32,000 bases of DNA, taken from contig NC_015931.1 of the NCBI RefSeq assembly GCF_000223395.1, positions 720,001 to 752,000 of the forward strand, read 5' to 3'. The notes beneath the pieces were generated by a model. The model worked only from the letters and a program-made list of their open reading frames with translations, did not search any database and was not told the DNA's origin. Positions 23,981 to 31,788 of the stretch are shown here, piece by piece. Source of the stretch: Pyrolobus fumarii 1A (GTDB lineage Archaea > Thermoproteota > Thermoprotei_A > Sulfolobales > Pyrodictiaceae). Every line of letters starts with the position of its first letter. The stretch's first letter is position 1. The translations under genes and the position numbers were made by a program.

Positions 23981-25657
23981 TCACCTTCTCGCGGCTAAAG
24001 CGGCCACATAGAACCCTACTAGCAACCCCCCTATTGCGGCAGCCGGTGCAACACCCGCTGTTATCGCTAACGCTAACCCAGCTATACCCGCAGTTAAGGA
24101 CACGAGCACACCGAGCACTAGCGTTTTCCACATGCCCCGCGCGATCGTCGACGCTATTGCGCCTGGCAATAATATCATTACATGCTCCACAACGAAGCCC
24201 ACCGTGCGTAACAGCAGAACGGATGCCGCCGCTAACACCGAGATAAACAACACGTCGTAGAGCTTCACGCGTAGACCCGCGAGTCGCACACTACTCGGGT
24301 CTAACCCTATACACACCTGCTCTCGGTAAGTGAGTATAACCACCGACCCGACCAGTGCGGCTACTACTAGCGCCACCAGCACATCCTCCATGCCTACTAG
24401 TAGCGGGTCGCCCAGGATGTACGCCCAAAGCCCAGCCTGCAACGGGAATCTCGTAAGCACGTAGTACATCACAGCTACGGAGGCTGACGCGGTAGCAGAG
24501 ACGTAGACGGAAGCAGCTACATCAGGATCTATACCCTTCTCCACTAGCACGCTAAAAGCATGAACCATCCCAACAGCTATCAACGCTGCCCAGAGGTACT
24601 CTGGGCCACCAACTACCATGGAGATTGGTATCGCTAACGTAGCTGCGAGTAAACTAGAGTGCGGGAGCCCCGCCGCAAGGAAGTACAATCTTCGCGCCGC
24701 GACTACAACGCTCAGCACACCAAAGGCTAGCGAAGCACCGCCCACAACCAGGAACCACTTTACAACCTCGGGGACCAGGTTGGCACTCGCTGCCACCCAT
24801 CCGCGTTTCTGAATATCCCGAATCTGATTGACAATAAAGGCTAGCTTTTCGGGTATAGTACCCAACTCTGATGGCGATGGGACGAGGATAACTGGTGCAC
24901 CACGACTCTCAGCCAACCGCACAAGCTCTTGAGAAGCAGGCGATTTTACAGGCTTGGTTACGACGGCTACACCACCATCCTCTAACACTTCAACACTCTT
25001 GTCGTACAGCACGGGTTGTGTGGGCATACCCGGCTCGGGCACGAGAACTATCCTCACACGCACACCTAGCCATTCAACTGCATACTGTACCACAGGTGTA
25101 TCAGCCACAGCGTCCACATCGAGCCTAGGAGCGTTCTCTAGAAGCGCCTCGACACTAGAGATTATCATCGCAGCTTTCTCTCGATACACGCTTGCGCACT
25201 CCGGTCTTAGCCTCTCAAGCTCCGTAGCCAATACCTTGACAAACGCGATGTAGTTACGAGGGTCATAGATGGGCATATGGAGGTTTGGCCTGCCAGTCAC
25301 CGGGTTCTCGACGAGTCTTACCCCAGGTACACGCCATATAACAACGAGCTTTGCACTGATATCCCCCTTCTCTACAAGCTCTTCGATACGCTTTTCGAAT
25401 GGCGCGTGCCCGGTGGATATGATCAGGTCCGCACTTTCGAGCTTGACTATGTCATTAGGCGACAATTGATACTCGTGGGGGTCCACAGAGGGCGGGACTA
25501 TACTATCAACCCTATCGCCTTTGCACAACAGTTGCTCAACTTCCTGAGCTAGGCTAGGGAAAGTAACTATGATGTATACGCCTCTATCAGCGGCCGCATG
25601 CTGCGACAAGGACAGTACGAGCAATAACGTTATCAACAGCGTCACTGTTACTCTCAT
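23981..25657 (-). CDS. Fusion protein: ZnuA/TroA-type metal solute-binding domain plus ABC-3 (ZnuB/TroC-type) permease domain
   Basis: Signal peptide MRVTVTLLITLLLVLSLSQHAAA (ATG 25657 preceded by GGTGAGG; the ORF is open to GTG 25678). SBP motifs are VDPHEYQLSPNDIVKLESADLIISTG and NLHMPIYDPRNY. About 8 TM follow, with the ABC-3-like sequence LDPSSVRLAGLRVKLYDVLF. Confidence 0.8.
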   Translation of the reverse strand: MRVTVTLLITLLLVLSLSQHAAADRGVYIIVTFPSLAQEVEQLLCKGDRVDSIVPPSVDPHEYQLSPNDIVKLESADLIISTGHAPFEKRIEELVEKGDISAKLVVIWRVPGVRLVENPVTGRPNLHMPIYDPRNYIAFVKVLATELERLRPECASVYREKAAMIISSVEALLENAPRLDVDAVADTPVVQYAVEWLGVRVRIVLVPEPGMPTQPVLYDKSVEVLEDGGVAVVTKPVKSPASQELVRLAESRGAPVILVPSPSELGTIPEKLAFIVNQIRDIQKRGWVAASANLVPEVVKWFLVVGGASLAFGVLSVVVAARRLYFLAAGLPHSSLLAATLAIPISMVVGGPEYLWAALIAVGMVHAFSVLVEKGIDPDVAASVYVSATASASVAVMYYVLTRFPLQAGLWAYILGDPLLVGMEDVLVALVVAALVGSVVILTYREQVCIGLDPSSVRLAGLRVKLYDVLFISVLAAASVLLLRTVGFVVEHVMILLPGAIASTIARGMWKTLVLGVLVSLTAGIAGLALAITAGVAPAAAIGGLLVGFYVAALAARR

Positions 25658-25700
25658 GCTTACCTCACCCTTGTGCACATCCCTCTTTACCTCCTTATCA

Positions 25701-25772
25701 ATGTGTGTACGGCCTCAAGACCCCCAAGAGGCAAGAAGGTAGCGTAAATGCGGGTGCCAGCCGTACACACAT
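25701..25772. promoter_or_regulatory. Perfect 13-bp inverted repeat (ATGTGTGTACGGC / GCCGTACACACAT) with a 46-nt spacer in a divergent promoter region
   Basis: The arms at 25701-25713 and 25760-25772 are exact reverse complements. The right arm covers the likely ATG (25771) of the KaiC-like gene. Confidence 0.4.
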
Positions 25773-26616
25773 GATAGGTGTGGTCTTGCACCGTGTAAAG
25801 ATAGAGCGACTATCAACTGGTGTACGTGGCATAGACGAGATGATACAGGGTGGTATTCCGAGAGGCTTCTTCGTGGCTGTCGTAGGCGAGCCTGGCACGG
25901 GCAAAACGATATTCTGTATACACTTTATAGCTCAGGGTATACGCGAGGGCGACAAGAACATCTATGTGACCACAGAGGAGTCTAGAGAGTCTATTATCAA
26001 GCAAGCTGCACAGTTCGGCTTTGATTTCGAGAGAGCTATTGAGGAGAACCGCCTCATAATCATAGATGCGCTCATGGGAGGCAGAGACGATCCCTGGAGC
26101 TTAAGGGATCTCACACCTGAGGCGCTCGTAGAGAAAGTTATAGAGGCTAAGAAGAGCTTGGGGCGCGGCAGAGCGAGACTAGTGGTTGACTCTATGAGTG
26201 CATTCTGGCTCGACAAGCCGGCTATGGCGCGCAAGTACAGCTATTATGTGAAGCGCGTGTTATACCGTTGGGATTTCACGGCACTTCTTGTGGCGCAATA
26301 CGCTGTAACGACAAGCCTGGGTTTCGGTTTCGGCGTAGAGCACGTGGCGGACGGAATCATACGTTTCCGTAAGGCCGTAGTAGGTGGGGTTCTACGCCGT
26401 TACGTCATAATAGAGAAGATGCGTCAGACACAACACGATCTACGCATGCACGAGATCGAAATTGTTGATGGCGTCGGTATGAGAGTGAAGCAGCCAACCC
26501 CCTACCGCAAGGAGGATTACGCGTTGCCACGCAGTGTTGTTGAGAGGATACTGGAGGCTGAGGCGCGACGCCGCAAGGAGATTCTTGGTAGCGAGGAGAG
26601 CGAGACGATACTCTAA
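25771..26616 (+). CDS. KaiC-like / RecA-superfamily ATPase (single KaiC domain)
   Basis: STGVRGIDEMIQGGIPRGFFVAVVGEPGTGKTIFCIHFI (Walker A) and RLVVDSMSAF (Walker B). The ORF is open to GTG 25705, but ATG 25771 gives the usual short N-terminus. Confidence 0.75.
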   Translation: MIGVVLHRVKIERLSTGVRGIDEMIQGGIPRGFFVAVVGEPGTGKTIFCIHFIAQGIREGDKNIYVTTEESRESIIKQAAQFGFDFERAIEENRLIIIDALMGGRDDPWSLRDLTPEALVEKVIEAKKSLGRGRARLVVDSMSAFWLDKPAMARKYSYYVKRVLYRWDFTALLVAQYAVTTSLGFGFGVEHVADGIIRFRKAVVGGVLRRYVIIEKMRQTQHDLRMHEIEIVDGVGMRVKQPTPYRKEDYALPRSVVERILEAEARRRKEILGSEESETIL

Positions 26617-26725
26617 GCCCTGAGCGAGGATATCAATAGTTACTTGTTATGATATTCTTCGCGTATCCTCAAAAGATGGGGGTGTGTCGAGGGACAGGGA
26701 TAGCGAGTTACATTTTCACGCCGCT

Positions 26726-27073
26726 TTACTCCTCGCCGGGCTCCAGCACTAGCAGTATCCTTCTGTACGGCGCTTTGCATATCTTGCGTACGCCGCGAGA
26801 GCCAGGCTTATACTCGGTCTGTACGAGCCCTGCCTCCTCCAGCCTTCTTATCTGCGCGCTTGCATTCGCCTTGCTTTGACCAAGCAGTTCAGCTATCTCT
26901 CCCACATCGGCTTCTGTGCGCAAGAGTAGCTTGAGTATCTTCAGTCTCGTAGGGCTCGATAGCGCGTTAGCCACTCTTAGTATGTACTCGTCGCCTACTA
27001 CTACGAGTGTATCCCTCTCCTCGTAGATGCCAGGCTTTCTTCGGGCCTCCAATTCTCCCGCGACTGTAGCCAT
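26726..27073 (-). CDS. ArsR-family winged-helix transcriptional regulator
   Basis: ALSSPTRLKILKLLLRTEADVGEIAELLGQSKANASAQIRRLEEAGLV is a typical ArsR HTH. Confidence 0.75.
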   Translation of the reverse strand: MATVAGELEARRKPGIYEERDTLVVVGDEYILRVANALSSPTRLKILKLLLRTEADVGEIAELLGQSKANASAQIRRLEEAGLVQTEYKPGSRGVRKICKAPYRRILLVLEPGEE

Positions 27074-27201
27074 GGTTCGACTTACCTCTTCGTTCTCGCT
27101 TACATGTTCGACAGTTGCTTTACCGTATAATAACGCTTACTGAGTTCCGCATTAAGGATTACACGATTTTCCCACCACCCGAGGCTAATACTGGAGCCCC
27201 T

Positions 27202-28107
27202 TTACCAAAGTGTCTCGACCTCGCCCTTGACGAACTTGATAGCCTTCTCGATATCGAGTGTGACGCGAAACCTCCTTCGGAAGAACCTCACGACGTATTC
27301 CACGTCGCGGCGGAGCAGGTGTTCAGCCATGGGGTGGTCTTTCTCAACGTACTGCGGCCAGTCTATTATGAGGGGTTCCTCCTCGCCCTCCTCTGTGAGC
27401 GTCACGAGTATGTTATACTCGCTTAGGTCTCCATGTACGATTCCCACTTCGAGATACGCCTTCTTTACAGTATCGAGTATCTTCTCGAGCATCCCCTCCG
27501 GGTCCTGCGCCTCTCTATACTCGTAGAGTTCGACACCCTCCACATAGTCTATGACGACAGCGTGTCTACTCCTCGCTATCGGCTTGGGCACTCTCGCGCC
27601 AACCTTGAACAGCTCCTCTAGCGCGCGATACTCCCTCTCCGCGCTAAGCTTAGCCACGAACATCCAGCTTGCCCATGGTCTCTCGGCGGCATAGGGCCTG
27701 AACTTAACCACGTGCTGGAAGCTCGTTCTTCCTATCTTGTGGAACTTTATGATGACGCGCTTTCCTCCAGGCGCGAGCGCTGAATAGACATCGCTCTCCT
27801 TTCCAACACCCAGCTTGTCACCCAAAGCCTCTATGATGCCACGGTCGACTAGGCTTTTCAACGCGAGTATATCGAAACCCATCCACGTTAGCCTGTAGCC
27901 TATGTAAGCACCTAGTCTTCTCTGCAACAGCTTCAACTTGTTCAGCTTGTCGAGGCTCAGTTTGACGTGGCTAGATGGGAGGCCGGAAACCCTCTCTATA
28001 ACCTCTACTGGGACATACTCGTAGCGCGGCATTTCCCTTTCCACGGCGTACAACACTCGGAAGTCGCGGTCAACGAGTTTCTTGTAGGTCAGTGCAAGTA
28101 TGACCAC
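27202..28107 (-). CDS. rio2: RIO-type serine/threonine kinase Rio2 (N-terminal wHTH plus RIO domain)
   Basis: LGVGKESDVY, VIIKFHKIGRTSF, IVHGDLSEYNILV and IIDWPQ are RIO kinase motifs. The N-terminal ~85 aa are wHTH-like, as in Rio2. GTG start. Confidence 0.85.
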   Translation of the reverse strand: MVILALTYKKLVDRDFRVLYAVEREMPRYEYVPVEVIERVSGLPSSHVKLSLDKLNKLKLLQRRLGAYIGYRLTWMGFDILALKSLVDRGIIEALGDKLGVGKESDVYSALAPGGKRVIIKFHKIGRTSFQHVVKFRPYAAERPWASWMFVAKLSAEREYRALEELFKVGARVPKPIARSRHAVVIDYVEGVELYEYREAQDPEGMLEKILDTVKKAYLEVGIVHGDLSEYNILVTLTEEGEEEPLIIDWPQYVEKDHPMAEHLLRRDVEYVVRFFRRRFRVTLDIEKAIKFVKGEVETLW

Positions 28108-28130
28108 TACCTACTCCACCCGAAGCGCTA

Positions 28131-29075
28131 GTGGCTGCCACCGCCAGGCAATTACCCAAGCGGGTGCCGCCACTAATGACTAGCCGTGTGGTTATCCGCG
28201 CGTTATACCCCAAGCTGGAGGAGGTCGACACGTTCGAGCTAGAGTATAGGCCGTATACCCTCTTCGCAACCAGAGACACCGTGCATATCAAACTACACGT
28301 CTACCATGTTGATGCAAGCCTAGTGGTCGAGGACAACGATTCTCTGGTTGAAGTCGGGAGAGGTTGGCGTCTCCATGCTAGAAGCCTTGGGCCTAGATTG
28401 TGCCGGTACCATGAGGGGCCTAGGGGCGAGCCTCTCAAACAACGCTGGTGTCACGCTATAGCTGTGAAGGGAGGTTGGTGTGCCCGCCACCTTTCGTCTC
28501 CACTTGCACTCTACGAGAGGTGCACCGCGAGCAACGATTTTGACGCATGCAGGGCCATAGATGCTCTTTGGCCGGACGAGGAGTATATAGTGTATCTTGT
28601 GTATCACGGCGCAGGCTTTAAGATTGGCGTCACGAGGGCATGGAGGTTTTACACGAGACTCCTGGAGCAGCCTCATCTCGCAGCTGCCGTAATAGCGAGG
28701 TTGAGAAGCGCTCTTGAAGCGCGAAAACTGGAGAAGAAGCTAGCATCCACTAGGGGCTTTAGCGAGGGTATTGGCGTGTCTAGGAGTGTTCGTATGCGCG
28801 CCTCACTGCTATCAAAACGAGGGTACGATGTAGTTGCGAGAAGTCTCGCCGAGGGTATAGCTAGGCTCGGGTTAAGCGGATACTTCGAAGCTTACTCGTT
28901 AACACCCCTCGACTGTCCCGTTCAACCACTCCTCTCGCCATTGAGAGAGCTGCCCAGAGGACACTTGGAGTATCTCTGCACTTGGGGCGGTATACTCGTC
29001 TTTAGGATGAGTTCGGGCCTCGTAGGCGTCACCCGCGATGCGGTTATACATCGAGTTATCAACGCTCAACAATGA
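28131..29075 (+). CDS. Conserved hypothetical protein with a Cys/His cluster (possibly DUF2797-like)
   Basis: The Cys/His cluster is CRYHEGPRGEPLKQRWCHAIAVKGGWCARH...ERC...DACR. It is followed by YIVYLVYHGAGFKIGVTRAWRFYTRLLEQ. The family assignment is from memory only. An alternative ATG lies at 28176. Confidence 0.5.
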   Translation: MAATARQLPKRVPPLMTSRVVIRALYPKLEEVDTFELEYRPYTLFATRDTVHIKLHVYHVDASLVVEDNDSLVEVGRGWRLHARSLGPRLCRYHEGPRGEPLKQRWCHAIAVKGGWCARHLSSPLALYERCTASNDFDACRAIDALWPDEEYIVYLVYHGAGFKIGVTRAWRFYTRLLEQPHLAAAVIARLRSALEARKLEKKLASTRGFSEGIGVSRSVRMRASLLSKRGYDVVARSLAEGIARLGLSGYFEAYSLTPLDCPVQPLLSPLRELPRGHLEYLCTWGGILVFRMSSGLVGVTRDAVIHRVINAQQ

Positions 29076-29170
29076 GAAGATTCATTTAATATACTAGTAT
29101 GATTATCAAACTCTCATATCCGGGTTTATCAGTTCTCGGCTTCAGTGTGTGAACTGCGGCTGACCAAAAC

Positions 29171-30397
29171 ATGAAGCCCCTGATCACAGCGACGTTGACG
29201 AGCATACTATGGTATGCCGACCACGCGTTACTCTTCATACTAGCGCCTCTCGTTGTACTCGACACTGGTGGCCAGGACTACCTCATAGGCCTGGCTGCAC
29301 TACTATACGACGCGTTCTACATTGTGGTGTCTCCTAGCGCTGGAAGGCTTGGCGATCTAGGCTGGCGTAGACTAACGATAGCCGTATCATCGGTGTTGAT
29401 GCTGTTCGCCGGCCTAACGCTGTACGCCTCACTAACCACACACAATGCTATCCTAGCGCTCATGGGGAAGCTATTGCTTGGCATAGCAGGCGGGTTAGCA
29501 ATACCGAACATCTCTTCGCTCATAGTTGACCTGGGTGTAGGCAAAGGACGCAGACCTGAAGAACTTCTCTCGAAGTACTACGGTTTCTCGTCAGCAGCTG
29601 GATGGCTTATGGGTTACCTACTAGGCTGGCTAGCTACACGCTCGTACGGCCTCCAAGCCGCCATCATGCTAACGCTGTGCCTTGCCATCGTATTGACGCT
29701 CGCCACTAGGCTACTCCCGCCACCACCGACAACCCTCGAGCACAGCGTGCCCGTCATAAAAGCCCGCATAAGGCTCCTCCACGAGCGTATCATGAGAGCA
29801 CGGTTCCCCCACATAGCCGACATTAGACGCTTATTCCGCGCACCACCACTACTATGGTTCTACTTGAGCATCGCAGCCGGGTTCACCGGGATAAGCTTCT
29901 TCTTCACTATGCTGCCCTACTACTGGGTAGAGGAGAGAGGGCTAACATACGACGAGGTTATGCTGTACGCATCTATACACACGCTCGCATCATCTCTAAC
30001 GTTCCTCGTTGCTCATCGTCTAATAGAGGCGCTAGGCGCACACAATACTCTCATAATGGCGTTTCTGGCGAGAAGCTTAGTGTTCGCACAACCTCTAGTG
30101 ACAGAGCATATACTCCCTCCACAACACCAAGCCGCACTAACATACATGTTGACCGGGTTGACATGGGCCATTCTAAACACATCTCTCAATACTGTTGCAC
30201 TCGAGCTGCGGATAGGTGGACGCGGGACAAGGCTCGGAATAGCACAATCTGCCAGCGCAACAGGTCTCGTTATGGGAGATGCCGGTGCCAGCATAGTATC
30301 ATACATCACAAGTGTGAGGCTATGCTTTGCAATAGCATCCGTACTGGAGATAGCAGCAGCCACGCTATACGCATGGTTCACTAGGGGTAAGAGGTGA
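29171..30397 (+). CDS. Major facilitator superfamily transporter
   Basis: About 12 TM in 408 aa. The MFS loop 2-3 motif is SPSAGRLGDLGWRR, and there is a central cytoplasmic loop. Confidence 0.8.
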   Translation: MKPLITATLTSILWYADHALLFILAPLVVLDTGGQDYLIGLAALLYDAFYIVVSPSAGRLGDLGWRRLTIAVSSVLMLFAGLTLYASLTTHNAILALMGKLLLGIAGGLAIPNISSLIVDLGVGKGRRPEELLSKYYGFSSAAGWLMGYLLGWLATRSYGLQAAIMLTLCLAIVLTLATRLLPPPPTTLEHSVPVIKARIRLLHERIMRARFPHIADIRRLFRAPPLLWFYLSIAAGFTGISFFFTMLPYYWVEERGLTYDEVMLYASIHTLASSLTFLVAHRLIEALGAHNTLIMAFLARSLVFAQPLVTEHILPPQHQAALTYMLTGLTWAILNTSLNTVALELRIGGRGTRLGIAQSASATGLVMGDAGASIVSYITSVRLCFAIASVLEIAAATLYAWFTRGKR

Positions 30398-30408
30398 GGA
30401 GAGGAGGA

Positions 30409-30514
30409 TGGTGCCGCCGCGGGGATTCGAACCCCGGACCTCCCGGTCTGTGGCCCCGCACCCCTCACTGGGTGTGCGGATCAGCCGGGCGCTCTCCCGC
30501 TGAGCTACGGCGGC
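30409..30514 (-). tRNA. tRNA-Phe(GAA) with a 31-nt intron at non-canonical position 35/36; CCA encoded
   Basis: The minus strand reads GCCGCCG-TA-GCTC-AGCGGGA-GAGC-G-CCCGG-CTGA[intron]AGA-CCGGG-AGGTC-CGGGG-TTCGAAT-CCCCG-CGGCGGC-A-CCA. The body closely resembles tRNA-Phe sequences (GAGAGCGCC..CTGAAGA..GGAGGTCC, A73). A bulge-helix-bulge fold predicts exactly this junction. Confidence 0.75.
30450..30480 (-). other. tRNA intron (31 nt) with bulge-helix-bulge splicing motif
   Basis: Intron sequence is UCCGCACACCCAGUGAGGGGUGCGGGGCCAC. The inner helix is CCGCAC(A)CCC/GGGGUGCGG. The central 4-bp helix pairs tRNA G30-G31-C32-U33 with intron GGCC. The flanking 3-nt bulges are G34-A35-U and A-C-A36. 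Confidence 0.6.
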
Positions 30515-30546
30515 ACTGTACCATTGATGGCTTGTGGGAGGTCCGG

Positions 30547-30555
30547 TTTTATAAC
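30547..30555 (-). promoter_or_regulatory. TATA-box candidate (GTTATAAAA on the minus strand) for the tRNA gene
   Basis: The + strand ttttataac at 30547-30555 lies 33-41 nt upstream of the mature tRNA 5' end at 30514. Confidence 0.45.
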
Positions 30556-30637
30556 ATTACTCCCCTCGGATTTGAGAAACTACGTGATACTCCACACGAT
30601 TACACACAAAACACTGCATAATACACCATGCATTACG

Positions 30638-31075
30638 TTATTGTCGATCCAAGCCTCGTAACCTGAGAACCTTCCACGTCACTTCGCGAAAAGCCTCAAC
30701 AGCTCTAATCGCGTCTTGGATGTCTACATCGCGGCAGCGCTCTAGGCACCACTCCCAGGGGTGTAACGCATGATTCCTGACACACCTTATCGCTTGCAAA
30801 ATACTCTTAAGTCTAGCCATATCCTCTTGTGATATCACCTGTAGCTTCCTGGCGTCCATCAGCGCCATACTTATCATTCTTTTTGTCGAGAGACTACATA
30901 GCTTGCCTCTTCTACGTCTCTTTGGAGAGGATGCAAGTATTGCACCGGCATAAGCCTCTACGGCAGACGCAAGGAGTATAATCGAGAGGCTCTTGTCACT
31001 GAGTTTGCGCACCTCCTCTAGGAGTTTATCGCCACGCCTGGCTAGTGATACTGCTTTCCCTAGGGGCTCCGCCAT
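30638..31075 (-). CDS. Small all-alpha protein with an RNxxxH (HEPN-like) motif
   Basis: 145 aa with helix-forming composition. IRCVRNHALHPWEW contains R-x4-H as in HEPN RNase-type domains. It overlaps the upstream B3/4 gene by 16 nt. Confidence 0.45.
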   Translation of the reverse strand: MAEPLGKAVSLARRGDKLLEEVRKLSDKSLSIILLASAVEAYAGAILASSPKRRRRGKLCSLSTKRMISMALMDARKLQVISQEDMARLKSILQAIRCVRNHALHPWEWCLERCRDVDIQDAIRAVEAFREVTWKVLRLRGLDRQ

Positions 31076-31788
31076 ACTCCATGTGCCTCGCCACCCGCAT
31101 ACCTCTCTATGAGATTTAGTGTATCGCGGGCTGCTTTCTCGACTCTTTCGCGTGGCACACCTTCAACACCCGCAGCGACAACAAGTACGCTTCTAGTTTC
31201 GTCTTTAACACATGTGTCTATACTATCACGATGAGGATAGAGGTGCATAACAACGCCCTTGGCGTCGACCATTATCGGGATACCCGGTTTGAGCTTCTCC
31301 TCTCCGCGCCCGCCTATCGGACGAAACACCTCACCACCACGACTCAACGTTATACGCGCAGGAGGCTCGAACTTGTCAAGGTCATAGATTCCGATTGGCA
31401 CGAAGAGCCTAGCTGACACGACGTTACCTGCATCAACGACGTTGTTTATGCTCGGCAAGCCCCGGCCTCTTAACAGTCTCCGCGCCAGAGCCTCACCCGC
31501 AGGTCTAGTCTTGGTAGGATCTATGCCTATGCGCCAATAGAACTTCCGATACGCTTGGATGACCGGGTCGCGGCTTAGCTCCTCAGGCCTACCATATACC
31601 TGTTTAAGCTCTTCGGCTACACGGTCAAACTCTTGGAGAAGTTCAGCTGGTGAAGCCTCTACATGGACACCGATAACCACGCCATAGTAGACGTATATTC
31701 CTAGGCTGCTAGCCTCCGGCTCGACCCGCACTATACCCTCATACCTGCCGGCCAACCTCTTGCCACCACTATTACCTTCACAACACAC
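31060..31788 (-). CDS. Stand-alone B3/B4 domain protein (related to the PheRS beta-subunit tRNA-binding/editing domain)
   Basis: DPVIQAYRKFYWRIGIDPTKTRPAGEALARRLLRGRGLPSINNVVDAGNVVSARLFVPIGIYDLDK matches the B3_4 domain core. The start is uncertain: GTG 31788, or internal TTG/GTG codons just before IVRVEPE. Confidence 0.7.
   Translation of the reverse strand: MCCEGNSGGKRLAGRYEGIVRVEPEASSLGIYVYYGVVIGVHVEASPAELLQEFDRVAEELKQVYGRPEELSRDPVIQAYRKFYWRIGIDPTKTRPAGEALARRLLRGRGLPSINNVVDAGNVVSARLFVPIGIYDLDKFEPPARITLSRGGEVFRPIGGRGEEKLKPGIPIMVDAKGVVMHLYPHRDSIDTCVKDETRSVLVVAAGVEGVPRERVEKAARDTLNLIERYAGGEAHGVWRSP

Noticed and set aside
29854-30468. 176-aa + strand and 151-aa minus-strand ORFs overlapping the MFS gene and the tRNA
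   Set aside because: The MFS frame has 12 TM helices and the family motif. The 151-aa ORF runs through the tRNA-Phe gene, so it is spurious.
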